From Enterobacteriaceae bacterium (GTDB taxonomy: Bacteria; Pseudomonadota; Gammaproteobacteria; Enterobacterales; Enterobacteriaceae), in contig CABIZV010000004.1 in assembly GCA_902363335.1 (NCBI GenBank), positions 411,941 through 443,940 on the forward strand: a stretch of 32,000 bases of DNA, given 5' to 3'. The notes under the pieces were generated by a model, which saw only the letters and a program-made list of their open reading frames with translations, searched no databases and was not told the DNA's origin. The translations under genes and the position numbers were made by a program. The first letter of the stretch is position 1. Every line of letters begins with the position of its first letter. Positions 1-9,291 of this stretch are shown piece by piece.

Positions 1-919
1 GCACTAAAGTCCGTGCCAGCGTGTCCGCAACCAGTAACAGGCTGGCACCGGCAAGCGTTGAACACGGTAGCAGCCAGCGGTGATCGGCACCGATGGTCAT
101 GCGGATAAGATGCGGGACAACAAGGCCAATAAAGCCAATAACCCCGCTCACTGACACGGCCGCCCCCACCAGAAGTGAGCTCAGCAGCAGGAGTTGCTGG
201 CGCTTACGTTTGACGTTAACGCCGAGGTAGTGTGCTTCTTCATCGCCAAGCTGAAGAAGATTTAAGGTATTTGCCAGCCAGCCGGTGACAACCATGGCTG
301 GAAGGGCAAAGGAGGTGGCGACCAGCAGCGTCGGCCATTGCGCTTGTCCGAGGCTGCCCATCATCCACAGCGTCAGCTGCCGCAGCTGCTGCTCGTCGCC
401 CACATAGCTCAGCACTCCGATTGCGGCGCCGCATAGGGCGTTAATGGCGATACCGGCAAGCAGAAGCTGCATCATTCCGCCGTGGGTATGACGCAGGCTA
501 ATCAGGAAAATCACCGCGCAGACCACCAGGCTGCCCACTACTGCGAAAATCATCTGTTCATACAGCAGGAAAACCGCCGGCAGCGAAATGGGAAAAACGA
601 TCGCCACACCAACCATCAGCGCAGAACCGCTGCTGACGCCAAGCAGGCCGGGGTCGGCCATGGGATTACGAAACAGCCCTTGCATAATCACGCCCGCCGT
701 TGCCAGCGCGCCGCCGACCAGCACCGCCAACAGGACTCGCGGGAGGCGAATGTTGACCCAGATATCGAAATATTGGGCGTCCCGTAAAGAAGCGAAGCTA
801 ATTTTGAGCGCACCCTGACTGGCGCCAACCAGCACAAGCGTCGCCAGTATTAATAGCAGGCCAATAAAAACGCTCAAGGAAGATAGAGAATCCTTAAACA
901 CGCAAATCTCCAAAGACAT
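1..919 (-). CDS. chuU: Hemin ABC transporter permease (FecCD/BtuC family); 3' end cut by the window edge
   Basis: The minus-strand frame is open from the ATG at 919 to position 1. It is absent from the ORF track because no stop lies in the window. My translation reads MSLEICVFKDSLSSLSVFIGLLLILATLVLVG...RLPRVLLAVLVGGALATAGVIMQGLFRNPMADPGLLGVSSG...IGFIGLVVPHLIRMTIGADHRWLLPCSTLAGASLLLVADTLARTL, typical of FecCD-type permeases. It follows chuY as in chuTWXYU operons. Confidence 0.88.
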   Translation of the reverse strand, partial: MSLEICVFKDSLSSLSVFIGLLLILATLVLVGASQGALKISFASLRDAQYFDIWVNIRLPRVLLAVLVGGALATAGVIMQGLFRNPMADPGLLGVSSGSALMVGVAIVFPISLPAVFLLYEQMIFAVVGSLVVCAVIFLISLRHTHGGMMQLLLAGIAINALCGAAIGVLSYVGDEQQLRQLTLWMMGSLGQAQWPTLLVATSFALPAMVVTGWLANTLNLLQLGDEEAHYLGVNVKRKRQQLLLLSSLLVGAAVSVSGVIGFIGLVVPHLIRMTIGADHRWLLPCSTLAGASLLLVADTLARTLV

Positions 920-953
920 CGTTGCGACGCCGTTTGCCAGCGCCGCATGGGGA

Positions 954-1577
954 TCAGACTGGTTTAAGCTCAGGCTCAACCAGGCTATAAACCTGCTGGT
1001 TAAGCGCCGGGGCGCTCGCCAGCGCCTGAATGTGCGCGGCGACGTCAGCGCGCTGCACAAAACCGTGCACTTCCTGCTGCTGGATGCGCTGCGCTTTACC
1101 GCTGGCCTCGCCGTTCTGCAAGCCACCAGGTCGGAGGATGGCGAAGTCCAGCGTGCTGGTTTGCAGCCAGCTTTCCGCCAGCGATTTTTCTCTGACGGCC
1201 CGGCCAAACGCGGCTTTCGCGCGCGCCGACAGGAATGGCCAGCTATCGCCGCAGCCTAACGAGGTGACGAGGATCATGCGGCTGATACCCGCTTTTTCTG
1301 CCTCATCGATAACCGTGCGATGCGCCAGATAATCCTGTGCGCCGCCCATGGTGGAGATAACGGTAGCCGCCGTTCCCGCAGCCTGGCAGGCCTGGGCGAC
1401 GATATGGCTGTCGCAGGCGTCACCGATAAAGACATCGACGCCTTTGGCCTTTAGGCGTGCGGCTGCTTCGAGATGACGCACCAGCGCCACCACCGGACGG
1501 TTTTCGGCCAGCGCCAGCTCCACGGTTAATGCGCCGACACCGTTGCCGCCCGCGCCAAAAATCAACCACGGGCTCAT
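954..1577 (-). CDS. chuY: NAD(P)-binding Rossmann protein, ChuY-type anaerobilin reductase
   Basis: 207-aa ORF with an N-terminal GAGGNGVG dinucleotide-binding motif. Its start overlaps the chuX stop (ATGA at 1577). Its position after chuX matches chu/shu loci. Confidence 0.8.
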   Translation of the reverse strand: MSPWLIFGAGGNGVGALTVELALAENRPVVALVRHLEAAARLKAKGVDVFIGDACDSHIVAQACQAAGTAATVISTMGGAQDYLAHRTVIDEAEKAGISRMILVTSLGCGDSWPFLSARAKAAFGRAVREKSLAESWLQTSTLDFAILRPGGLQNGEASGKAQRIQQQEVHGFVQRADVAAHIQALASAPALNQQVYSLVEPELKPV

Positions 1578-2074
1578 CAGGCATCTCCTTTCAGCACGGC
1601 TGCCAATGTGCGGAAGGCATCAACCTGTTCACCCAGCAGTTGGCGATGGTCATCGCGGCCGAGGAAGATTTTAAACATCGCGCTTCCGGCGGCGTTAAAG
1701 AACAGGATTGAGGCCGTGTCCATCGCCATAAATTTGCGCTCTACCAGCGCGATGTGGGTGCAGTTTTCCGCTTTGATGTGCCCGGTCATGCCTTTTTTAC
1801 CGCGCAGGTTAAAGTAACCGTGGCGATGGAAGCCGGATGGCAGTTCGCCGGTAAATTCCAGAATCACGTCAGCGGAATGCACAAGTGTCGTCACTTTGCC
1901 CCACTCGCAAACGGTATCCCAGACGAGGTCGAATTTGTCGCCCGTCACAAGCGTATGGGAAGGCAGATTTTTGACCACCTCCAGCAGCGTGGTGTTGTAC
2001 TGTCCGGCGATAGCTTCCAGCGTGCCGTCCGGCTCAGTTTTTAAAAATTCAGCTAAGGAAACGTTGCTCATCAT
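1577..2074 (-). CDS. chuX: Heme utilization cytosolic carrier protein ChuX/HutX
   Basis: 165 aa. Strings such as EFLKTEPDGTLE, QYNTTLLEVV, VWDTVCEWG, GELPSGFHRHGYFNLRG, HIKAENCTHIAL and KIFLGRDDHRQLL match my recollection of E. coli ChuX almost residue for residue. Confidence 0.9.
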   Translation of the reverse strand: MMSNVSLAEFLKTEPDGTLEAIAGQYNTTLLEVVKNLPSHTLVTGDKFDLVWDTVCEWGKVTTLVHSADVILEFTGELPSGFHRHGYFNLRGKKGMTGHIKAENCTHIALVERKFMAMDTASILFFNAAGSAMFKIFLGRDDHRQLLGEQVDAFRTLAAVLKGDA

Positions 2075-2083
2075 GAACTCCTG

Positions 2084-3427
2084 TTATGGGGTTTCTACCG
2101 CAATGCGCGGCGCGTTAAGCTCCTGAATAAGTTCATCAAGAGACTGTAAAATATTGCTCGCCCAGAAGCGGCCTTCATTGGTCAGCCGCAGGCAGGTTGT
2201 CTCGTCCTGAGTCAACCCGGCCCGGTGCCACTGTGCCAGCAGCGGCGCGAGTCTGGCGGCGTGTGGGGTTAACGCATCCAGCGGGACACGTGCGGTTTCC
2301 ACCCCGGCCTGCAAGGTGTGGCGCCACTGGAAGTGCCCCCCTGCGGTACGCATCATCATCATCAGCGGCTTTTGTCCGTCGGCGATAGACTGGTGCCATT
2401 TTTCGAGATTGCGCTCCACCATCCATGAATAGCCGTTGATTGAGCCACCGGCCCCCGAACCGATTGCCAGACAATCAGCGCCTTGTTTAATGAGTAAATT
2501 GTAGAGGTTGCGCTCGCGTGCCGTGCGCGCCCAGTGGCTGTTGCTAATGCAGCGCCAGCCTGCTTGATCCATAAAATCACACCCCTGAAGATAGAGATCG
2601 CGGCGCTCAGCCGGTTGCGGCACGGCGGTACGTCCATTTTCAACGGCCTTGCCGAGCGGCGTGTTGGGCAGTAGGTTGAGGGCGTAAAGATCAACACCGT
2701 CGAGTCCGATATCGCGGGCAATCGCCAGATCCTCGCCCCACAATCTGGCGTCCTGACCCGGCAGGCCGAACAGCAGGTCGCATACCACGGCGGCGCGATC
2801 CCGGCGCACCAGCCCTTCCATAAAGGCGATAGCGGTAGGGCCATCGGAGGTGCGGGCCATCTTTTTACGGATTTTGCTGTTAAACGACTGAATGCCAATA
2901 GAGAAGCGGTTGGCCCCGGCGTCCAGACAGGCGTCAATACGCGCGTCGTCGAAATTCAGCACCCGGCCTTCAATGGTGATTTCACAGTCCGGGGCCAGCG
3001 GCAGGCGTTCCCGTAAAGTGGTAATGATCCGTGCCAGATTACGAGCGCTGAGGGCCGATGGCGTACCGCCGCCAAAATAGATGGCGTGAATAGGCGCGGA
3101 CTGGTGCAGCACGCTATCGGCTTCCATCTCAATTTCCCGCAGCAGCGCGTCGGTGTAGCGTTCACTGCGATCTTCTTCATAACGGTTCTGGTAGAAACCG
3201 CAGAACGTGCAGTGGGTCGCACAGAACGGAATATGCAGATACAGCAGACGTTTACGCGGCGGCGTAGTCTGGCTGAGAACCTCCTGCCAGGTTTGCGCCA
3301 GCTGTTCTTTGGCAATCGGAATAGCGCCGCGCCAGGGCATGGTTGCCCGGCGATCCTTAAAGGGTTGACCGCCTTCCAGAGCAAAGTGAGGCGTTAAATC
3401 CAGTTCGTTTGTCGTAGTATCTCTCAC
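2084..3427 (-). CDS. chuW: Radical SAM anaerobic heme-degrading methyltransferase ChuW/HutW (HemN-like)
   Basis: 447 aa with a GTG start. It has the CxxxCxxC radical SAM motif in YLHIPFCATHCTFCGF and a HemN-like GGGTPS motif. It lies between chuT and chuX. Confidence 0.9.
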   Translation of the reverse strand: MRDTTTNELDLTPHFALEGGQPFKDRRATMPWRGAIPIAKEQLAQTWQEVLSQTTPPRKRLLYLHIPFCATHCTFCGFYQNRYEEDRSERYTDALLREIEMEADSVLHQSAPIHAIYFGGGTPSALSARNLARIITTLRERLPLAPDCEITIEGRVLNFDDARIDACLDAGANRFSIGIQSFNSKIRKKMARTSDGPTAIAFMEGLVRRDRAAVVCDLLFGLPGQDARLWGEDLAIARDIGLDGVDLYALNLLPNTPLGKAVENGRTAVPQPAERRDLYLQGCDFMDQAGWRCISNSHWARTARERNLYNLLIKQGADCLAIGSGAGGSINGYSWMVERNLEKWHQSIADGQKPLMMMMRTAGGHFQWRHTLQAGVETARVPLDALTPHAARLAPLLAQWHRAGLTQDETTCLRLTNEGRFWASNILQSLDELIQELNAPRIAVETP

Positions 3428-3444
3428 GGGTATATCAACGTCCT

Positions 3445-4272
3445 TTAGTGTGGCCAGAACTGGCGATGCAGTGTTTCAACGGCGTCGGCGACGCGTGGTC
3501 CCATCCCCAGGATCAGCGCCTGATCGATGATGACGATCCGCTGATTTTTCCATGCTGCGGTGTGGGTGATCCCCGCAATCGTGCTCAGGCGGTTGAGATC
3601 GCCGCCGATCATTTGCGAGGTGACGATAATGACTTCAGGGTTGGCAGCAATCAGAGCTTCTGCGCTATAGCTGCGGTACTGTGGGTGCTTCGCCACGTTT
3701 TGCGCCCCGGCAAGCGTCATCACGGCGTCGGCAACGCTGCCTTTTCCCGCTACCTGCGGTGCACTGCCGCCCGCGCTTAAAATAAACAACGCTCTAACCG
3801 GTGCCGGTTTGCTGGCGCTGCTTTGCGCAACTTTTGCCAGACGTTGGCGAAGGTCGTTTATCAGGGCTTTTCCCTGTTCTTGTGCGCCAAGACTTTCTGC
3901 CAGCGTATCAATATTGGCGTACATCTGAGCGACGGTCGCCGGGATGCGCGGCAGAGTAATCACCTGCACTTTCTGCGCCCGCAGTTGGTCAAACACCAGC
4001 TGCGGCCCGGCATCCTGCCAGGTGATAAAGCTATCCGGGCGCAGTGACAAAATGCCTTCGCTGCTAAGCTGTTTCCAGTAGCCGATATGCGGTATTGCAT
4101 CGGTTTGCGGCGGGAATGACGTGGTTTCATCCACCCCGACCACGCGGTTGCCTGCGCCCATGGCATAGATCAATTCGGTAAGCGAACCGCCAGCAACCAC
4201 TATCCTCTGTGCCGCCTGCACGTTGAATGCGCAGACCAGCGCCAGTAATCCGAGAGCCAGTTTTTTCATCAT
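3445..4272 (-). CDS. chuT: Periplasmic hemin-binding protein of the ABC transporter
   Basis: The signal peptide MMKKLALGLLALVCAFNVQAA is followed by the RIVVAGGSLTELIYAMG motif typical of cluster A/8 heme and siderophore binding proteins. The likely ATG at 4272 overlaps the chuA stop. The track ORF extends to a GTG at 4284. Confidence 0.88.
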   Translation of the reverse strand: MMKKLALGLLALVCAFNVQAAQRIVVAGGSLTELIYAMGAGNRVVGVDETTSFPPQTDAIPHIGYWKQLSSEGILSLRPDSFITWQDAGPQLVFDQLRAQKVQVITLPRIPATVAQMYANIDTLAESLGAQEQGKALINDLRQRLAKVAQSSASKPAPVRALFILSAGGSAPQVAGKGSVADAVMTLAGAQNVAKHPQYRSYSAEALIAANPEVIIVTSQMIGGDLNRLSTIAGITHTAAWKNQRIVIIDQALILGMGPRVADAVETLHRQFWPH

Positions 4273-6407
4273 CAGAAGTTCCACGCAAAGCCAACAGCCG
4301 CGTTAAAGCCTGCCGCAGGAATGGATTCATGCGCCGTGCGATAGCGTTTGTCAGTTAGGTTGTTGAGGGCCAGATTGACTTGATACTGGTCGTTCGCCCC
4401 GAATTCGGTATTCACCGCCAGGTTTAGCGTCGCCCAGCCCGGCGAGCGGACTTCTTTTGTCCCCGTGTCATCTTTGGCGCTGGAGGCCGCGCGGATGTAG
4501 ACGTCAGAGGTGACGTTCGCGACGTTTAGCATCAGCGTGTGCTTGAGGCCTACGCGGCCGTTGACGCTGGGTTCACCGGTGTTAGTGGTTTTCAGCGTCT
4601 GGCCTTCATACTGGCGACGGAGAAGGTTGCCGCTGATGTACGGCGACACGGCCCAGCCGTTGTACTCTGCGCTCAGCTCTACGCCCCAGGTTTTGGCGCG
4701 GTCGATGTTGTCGTAGTAGTAATAGCCCCCACGGGAGGAGGTGCTGTTTCCGTTGCACAGTGCCTGGCCTGAACAGGCGAGGCTGGCGATGTAGTCTTTG
4801 GCTTCTGAGTAATAGACCGCGCCATCAACCATCCACAAATTGCCGTTGTAACGGGCGCCCAGCTCGTAGTTGTTGGAGTGTTCGGCTTTGAGGTCCGGGT
4901 TGCCATAGGTGGTGCCGCCTCCGGCTGCGGTTTGCATAAACAGCTGGCTGAGCGTGGGGAAGACGTAGCCTTGCGCAAAGGCGGCGCGCAGTTCTACGTT
5001 GTCAAAACCGGCGTAGCGCAGGCTGGTGGCGGTAACCAGTTCATTATCATGTGCTGATTGTTCCGCGAGTGAGGTATCGGTGGTGATGCCTTTGGTGGTG
5101 GATTGCGCATCGCCGCGCGTGAGTTTTGATGATAGCCAGTACTGGCGAGCCCCCAGCGTCCACGTCCAGTTGTCGGCAAAACGCCATTCATTTTGGGCGA
5201 ACAGCGAAGCGTTGCTTTGTTCAGACTCATTGTAAGCGCGGGTACGCGTTTCGACGTTTACCAGGCCAGTGAGTGATTTCTGGCTGGTGAAACCGTTGGA
5301 AGTCTGGGATACCCGGTCGCGTTGGTACTGCGCGCCCAGCACGAGGTCGTTATTGGCGGGCAGAGTGAAATTACTCTGTAATGTCACGCCCTGGGTGTAC
5401 TGCTTATCATGCGTTTGGGTCTGGTTATGTACCGTCAACGCTTGAATCATCGGGCTTGGGATAATCTGGGTGGTGGCGACTTCGTTTTCAAATTTCCGGT
5501 CGATGGTTTGTTCGTAGGCGTCGATATGGATTTTTTTTAGGTAATCGCCGTCGATATCAACGTCGTAAAACAGACCGATCTTCTCACGCTCAAGTTTTGG
5601 GATCTTAACGCTAAAGGCATCATATTCACCGTCTGGATCCTCAAAATAGGTTTGCGTGCTGAGCTTATAGCGGTCCAGCGATAAGCCAAAATGCTGGTTA
5701 TCGAGGTTGTAACCGAGCCAGACGCCCTGACCATTATTACGGAAGTTTGTATTAGGTAAACGGCCATCCGGCGTATCGCGATCGCCCTGATCGGAATAGC
5801 TACCGTTAATGCGGTAATCCAATTGCCCGATGCTGCCCCACGCTGCGGCGGACTCTTCCCAGCCAGCATTGGCCGAGTTGTAGACCGCTTTTACCGTCCC
5901 AGCGAGTGGCTTGTCGCCACCTTTTTTGGTAATAAAGTTCACCACGCCGCCGATAGCCTGCGAGCCATACAGTACGGAGTAGGGCCCTTTTACAACCTCA
6001 ATACGTTCAAGCGATGATTCATCAATTAGCAGGCCACCGCCATAGTTCTGCCCGGCGCGTTGGTAGGTAACTTCCTGCCCGTCGATAAGAATCAGTACGC
6101 GCGATGAGGCCTCGCCGCGGATGCGGATTTGCTTACGACCGGCCAGCGCATTGTCGGTCACTTCCACGCCCGGTATGTCCTGAAGATCATCAGCAATGGA
6201 GGTGTTAGTTGAGTTTTTAAGCGTCTGCTGGTCGATAACCTGCATGGTTGCCGCGCTTTCCCAAAGGCTGCTCTCTGAGCGGCTGGCGGTAACCACAAGG
6301 GTTTCATCTTTGTGTGAAGCGGAAGCCGTCGCGGCGATAACGGCACCAGAGATAAACAGTGGCAGGGCGGAGAGTACCCATGATCCCCGGGTAATGGAGT
6401 GCTGCAT
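4272..6407 (-). CDS. chuA: TonB-dependent outer-membrane heme/hemoglobin receptor
   Basis: 711 aa with a signal peptide and a TonB box (ETLVVTAS). It has a plug domain (IEVVKGPYSVLYGSQAIGGVVNFITK), a FRAP/NPNL-like heme-receptor region (AAFAQGYVFP...YGNPDLKAEH) and a C-terminal aromatic residue (AWNF). Confidence 0.9.
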   Translation of the reverse strand: MQHSITRGSWVLSALPLFISGAVIAATASASHKDETLVVTASRSESSLWESAATMQVIDQQTLKNSTNTSIADDLQDIPGVEVTDNALAGRKQIRIRGEASSRVLILIDGQEVTYQRAGQNYGGGLLIDESSLERIEVVKGPYSVLYGSQAIGGVVNFITKKGGDKPLAGTVKAVYNSANAGWEESAAAWGSIGQLDYRINGSYSDQGDRDTPDGRLPNTNFRNNGQGVWLGYNLDNQHFGLSLDRYKLSTQTYFEDPDGEYDAFSVKIPKLEREKIGLFYDVDIDGDYLKKIHIDAYEQTIDRKFENEVATTQIIPSPMIQALTVHNQTQTHDKQYTQGVTLQSNFTLPANNDLVLGAQYQRDRVSQTSNGFTSQKSLTGLVNVETRTRAYNESEQSNASLFAQNEWRFADNWTWTLGARQYWLSSKLTRGDAQSTTKGITTDTSLAEQSAHDNELVTATSLRYAGFDNVELRAAFAQGYVFPTLSQLFMQTAAGGGTTYGNPDLKAEHSNNYELGARYNGNLWMVDGAVYYSEAKDYIASLACSGQALCNGNSTSSRGGYYYYDNIDRAKTWGVELSAEYNGWAVSPYISGNLLRRQYEGQTLKTTNTGEPSVNGRVGLKHTLMLNVANVTSDVYIRAASSAKDDTGTKEVRSPGWATLNLAVNTEFGANDQYQVNLALNNLTDKRYRTAHESIPAAGFNAAVGFAWNF

Positions 6408-6434
6408 CGTTAACCCTATGAATAATTATTGAAT

Positions 6435-6453
6435 GATAATAAGAATTAATATC
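6435..6453. promoter_or_regulatory. Candidate Fur box in the chuA promoter region
   Basis: gataataagaattaatatc matches the 19-bp Fur consensus GATAATGATAATCATTATC at 15 of 19 positions by my count. It lies about 30-45 bp upstream of the chuA start in an AT-rich leader. Confidence 0.6.
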
Positions 6454-6689
6454 AATAAGATTCTCATATGTGGATATTGGACGTCTAGCCAAGAAGGTAT
6501 AATCGAGATGCATCTTTGATTTGTATCAATTTATGACTGTGAATGAGCAGTGAATTGTGATGTTGATCACTGCAATAGTGAGGATAATGAAAGGGTTATT
6601 GAGGGAAGTTTAATGTCAGAGGGTGGCGGTAATAAAAGATAAGGCAGCAGTACCCGGATTGAGTCACCCGGGATCGCGGCAGGAGAGCT

Positions 6690-6935
6690 TCATTCGTTTT
6701 CAGTTAACCACATTTCTGCTTCTTCAAACATCTCCTGCACGGCACGGCTAATTTGCTCTTTCTCATGTTTGCTGGCATCGGTGTTGATACCGGGCAGCGT
6801 CATCATCGGTTTAACGCGTACGTCTGCATCCGGGAAAATGCGATGCACTCGTTTGGTTAATTCATTGAGAATAGTTTCTTTGGCGCCGGGAAGACCTTCA
6901 AAATTACGCTTGTCATAAACGAGCTCGACGAACAT
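6690..6935 (-). CDS. dinI: DinI-family DNA-damage-inducible protein
   Basis: 81 aa, MFVELVYDKRN...ELTKRVHRIFPDADVRVKP...MFEEAEMWL. Length and motifs match DinI-like proteins, which are often prophage-borne. A LexA box sits in its promoter. Confidence 0.85.
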   Translation of the reverse strand: MFVELVYDKRNFEGLPGAKETILNELTKRVHRIFPDADVRVKPMMTLPGINTDASKHEKEQISRAVQEMFEEAEMWLTENE

Positions 6936-6977
6936 GTTGCTGACATCCTTAAGTTAGGTATATTGTGGTTATTTATA

Positions 6978-6993
6978 CTGTGTTTTTATCCAG
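6978..6993 (-). promoter_or_regulatory. LexA (SOS) box embedded in the dinI promoter
   Basis: The minus strand reads cTTGACActggataaaaacacagtATAAAT. CTG-N10-CAG (CTGGATAAAAACACAG) sits in the spacer between a perfect -35 TTGACA and a -10-like element, about 40 bp upstream of the dinI ATG. Confidence 0.65.
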
Positions 6994-7315
6994 TGTCAAG
7001 TGGTCGGTAAAGTATAAGCAGTCTTGTTGTGAAGTCGGCGTGGTCAGCATTAAATAAACGACGTGAGGGAATGGCATTGAAATCACCATGCGCTCAAAGT
7101 CAAAGGTCAGCGTCACCTTGCCTTTGTTGCCATTGTTCAGTACGCCCAGAGCGGTGTTGTTTGGTGCCGCGCGTACAGAACTCCATGTAAGAGCATGACA
7201 CCGACAGCACCACAGGGCAGAAATGCAAAACGATTTATGATAAATCATGGGGGATTAGCGGTTAAATCGCTGCCTCGTGTTTTTTACAACCGAGCGTTTT
7301 TATCTACAGAGCTTA

Positions 7316-8470
7316 TCAACCCCAGCCTTGTTTACTACGACGGATATAAGGTAATACGGATAATAAAGCCAGAACTGCTAATATCATTCCAATCCATAAA
7401 GCTGAACGTAAACCGAATCCTGATGAAATGGCCATTCCACCTAGATAAGAACCCCCCCCTAATCCAATATTGATAACGGAAGTATGAACGGCATTGACCA
7501 TTGGGCCAGGATGCGCAACGCTGACAATTCTTGCCATCATTGCTGGATTCATTGGCACACCTGATAGACCGATAAGTATGACAGCCAGAATAGCAATAAC
7601 CTGATATTGCACAAACAGTGCCATGCCGAGCAAAGAAATACTTAATATAGTTAATCCGACAACCATGACCGCTAAACTATGGCGATATGCAAGACGGCCT
7701 GTCACCATATTCCCGATAATATTGGCTAAGCCATAAAGCATCAGAATGAAGGGGACTGTCTGCATTGTAAATCCACTGACATCAGTCAGCACGGGAACAA
7801 AATAACTGAATGCCGCAAAACTTGCGCCCAAAATCAAACAGCTGGTTGCACAGGCTTTCCAATAGGCTTTATTTTTAAATGCCTTAATTTCTTCAGACAT
7901 CTTGATAGCACAACCGCCGCTCATCTGTGGCAATAAACGTACTAATGCTAACAGGCATATGAGAACCAGAACCGCGACCAGCCCAAAACTCATTTTCCAG
8001 CCCCAGTGCTGGTCAATGATAGTCGCGATAGGTACACCAAAGACATTGGATACCATAAAACCTGCGATCACTATTGATGCGGCACGAGGGCGATTTTCTA
8101 CAGAGACAAGAGCCATGCTTGTTGCAAGTGAAAGACTTAAACACCCTGCGCACAAAATACCTGTCACAATTCGAATGGCAACTAACACATTGTAATCAGA
8201 GACAAAGACGCTTAATCCTTGTACGAGAACATATAACCCTAATAGCCATAATAACGTTGCGCGATAGGGTGCTTTAAATTTAAGAAAGGCGTAGGTTAAT
8301 ACCGGGCCACCGAGCATTACACCGAATGCATAATATGAAATCAAATGCCCGACTTCGCCGACTGTAACGCCAAATGCTTCAGATAGCGTGGTCATCATAC
8401 CCGCCACCATTAACTCTGCTGTACCTAATGAAAAAATGGCCAACCCTAAAATATATACGACTAATGGCAT
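7316..8470 (-). CDS. MFS transporter (DHA1-like efflux/sugar-efflux type, 12 TM)
   Basis: 384 aa and highly hydrophobic, with periodic TM segments. The N-terminus LGLAIFSLGTAELMVAGMMTTLSEAFGVTVGEVGHLISYYAFGVMLGGP is typical of the YdhP/AraJ-like MFS group. It lies downstream of a TetR gene. Confidence 0.85.
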   Translation of the reverse strand: MPLVVYILGLAIFSLGTAELMVAGMMTTLSEAFGVTVGEVGHLISYYAFGVMLGGPVLTYAFLKFKAPYRATLLWLLGLYVLVQGLSVFVSDYNVLVAIRIVTGILCAGCLSLSLATSMALVSVENRPRAASIVIAGFMVSNVFGVPIATIIDQHWGWKMSFGLVAVLVLICLLALVRLLPQMSGGCAIKMSEEIKAFKNKAYWKACATSCLILGASFAAFSYFVPVLTDVSGFTMQTVPFILMLYGLANIIGNMVTGRLAYRHSLAVMVVGLTILSISLLGMALFVQYQVIAILAVILIGLSGVPMNPAMMARIVSVAHPGPMVNAVHTSVINIGLGGGSYLGGMAISSGFGLRSALWIGMILAVLALLSVLPYIRRSKQGWG

Positions 8471-8549
8471 GGATTTTTATTATCTCCCTGTATTGGAATG
8501 ATCGTTACAAAAATGGATGCAAGCAATTAATGAATTTTTACGCTTGAAT

Positions 8550-9152
8550 TTATAAGTTGATTAACAGACCAGCGACGACATCTTCGAGGATTTTTCTATC
8601 TGAAATGTTTTTATTCAGTACACGTAAACCGTAATAGCCTGCCATAAAGCCTCTCGCCATTTCGACGGCTGATGCTTTATTGCTTAGTTCACCGCTTTGT
8701 TGCCCTTCGATAAATACCGCCACCAACGTTTTTTCTAAATGCTGACGATATTCATTATTCAGGCTAGCAACGGCTTCATCTTTACTACCCATCTCCAGAG
8801 CTGAAAACAAGACCATTGCATCATGCTGTTCTGGCTGAGAAAGATCTTCGGCAATACCCCAGAGCAGGAGCGTATGCAATCGTTCTTTTACCGGGCCTGA
8901 TTGTGTGAGTATTGCTAACTGTGCTGACATAGTTTGTTCATGGCTACGCAACAAAGCTTGCTCGTACAGAGCTTGCTTGCTACCAAAGGCATTGTATAAG
9001 CTCCCCCGCCCCAATCCCGTACCATTGCATAAATCTTGCGCAGAGGTGCCTGCATAACCATTGGCGCTGAAAACAGCGACGGCAGCATCAATGACATCCT
9101 GATCTTCGAACTTTCGTGGACGACCCGGAAAGGTTGGTTTTACAGCACTCAT
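8550..9152 (-). CDS. TetR/AcrR-family transcriptional regulator
   Basis: 200 aa. The N-terminal HTH region is DAAVAVFSANGYAGTSAQDLCNGTGLGRGSLYNAFGSKQALYEQ. It is co-directional with, and upstream of, the MFS gene. Confidence 0.9.
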   Translation of the reverse strand: MSAVKPTFPGRPRKFEDQDVIDAAVAVFSANGYAGTSAQDLCNGTGLGRGSLYNAFGSKQALYEQALLRSHEQTMSAQLAILTQSGPVKERLHTLLLWGIAEDLSQPEQHDAMVLFSALEMGSKDEAVASLNNEYRQHLEKTLVAVFIEGQQSGELSNKASAVEMARGFMAGYYGLRVLNKNISDRKILEDVVAGLLINL

Positions 9153-9291
9153 AGGGATGGGGGACTTGAAATGAGTTGAAGCGGCATAGTATTGATTATG
9201 GAACGATCAGTCAAATAATTTTCATAAAAAAATTAGCAGTGGTTCGTTGACCGATTTTCTTATGAATTGTTACGCATATCAGCTTTAGTTT

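Noticed and set aside
2362-2937. 191-aa minus-strand ORF, plus several 60-140-aa ORFs on both strands, inside chuW, chuT and chuA.
   Set aside because: These are alternative-frame or antisense shadow ORFs inside well-supported GC-rich genes. Their translations are low-complexity and Arg/Pro/Ala-rich, and they have no RBS.
6514-6690. Possible small hemP/hmuP-like gene or sRNA between the chuA promoter and dinI.
   Set aside because: No ORF with an RBS is present. Only a weak CCCGG/CCGGG hairpin without a U-run lies near 6650-6675. The evidence is insufficient.
6973-7248. 91-aa minus-strand ORF between dinI and the MFS gene.
   Set aside because: It overlaps the dinI promoter and LexA box, has no RBS, and has an odd Cys/Trp-rich composition. 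It is more likely non-coding.
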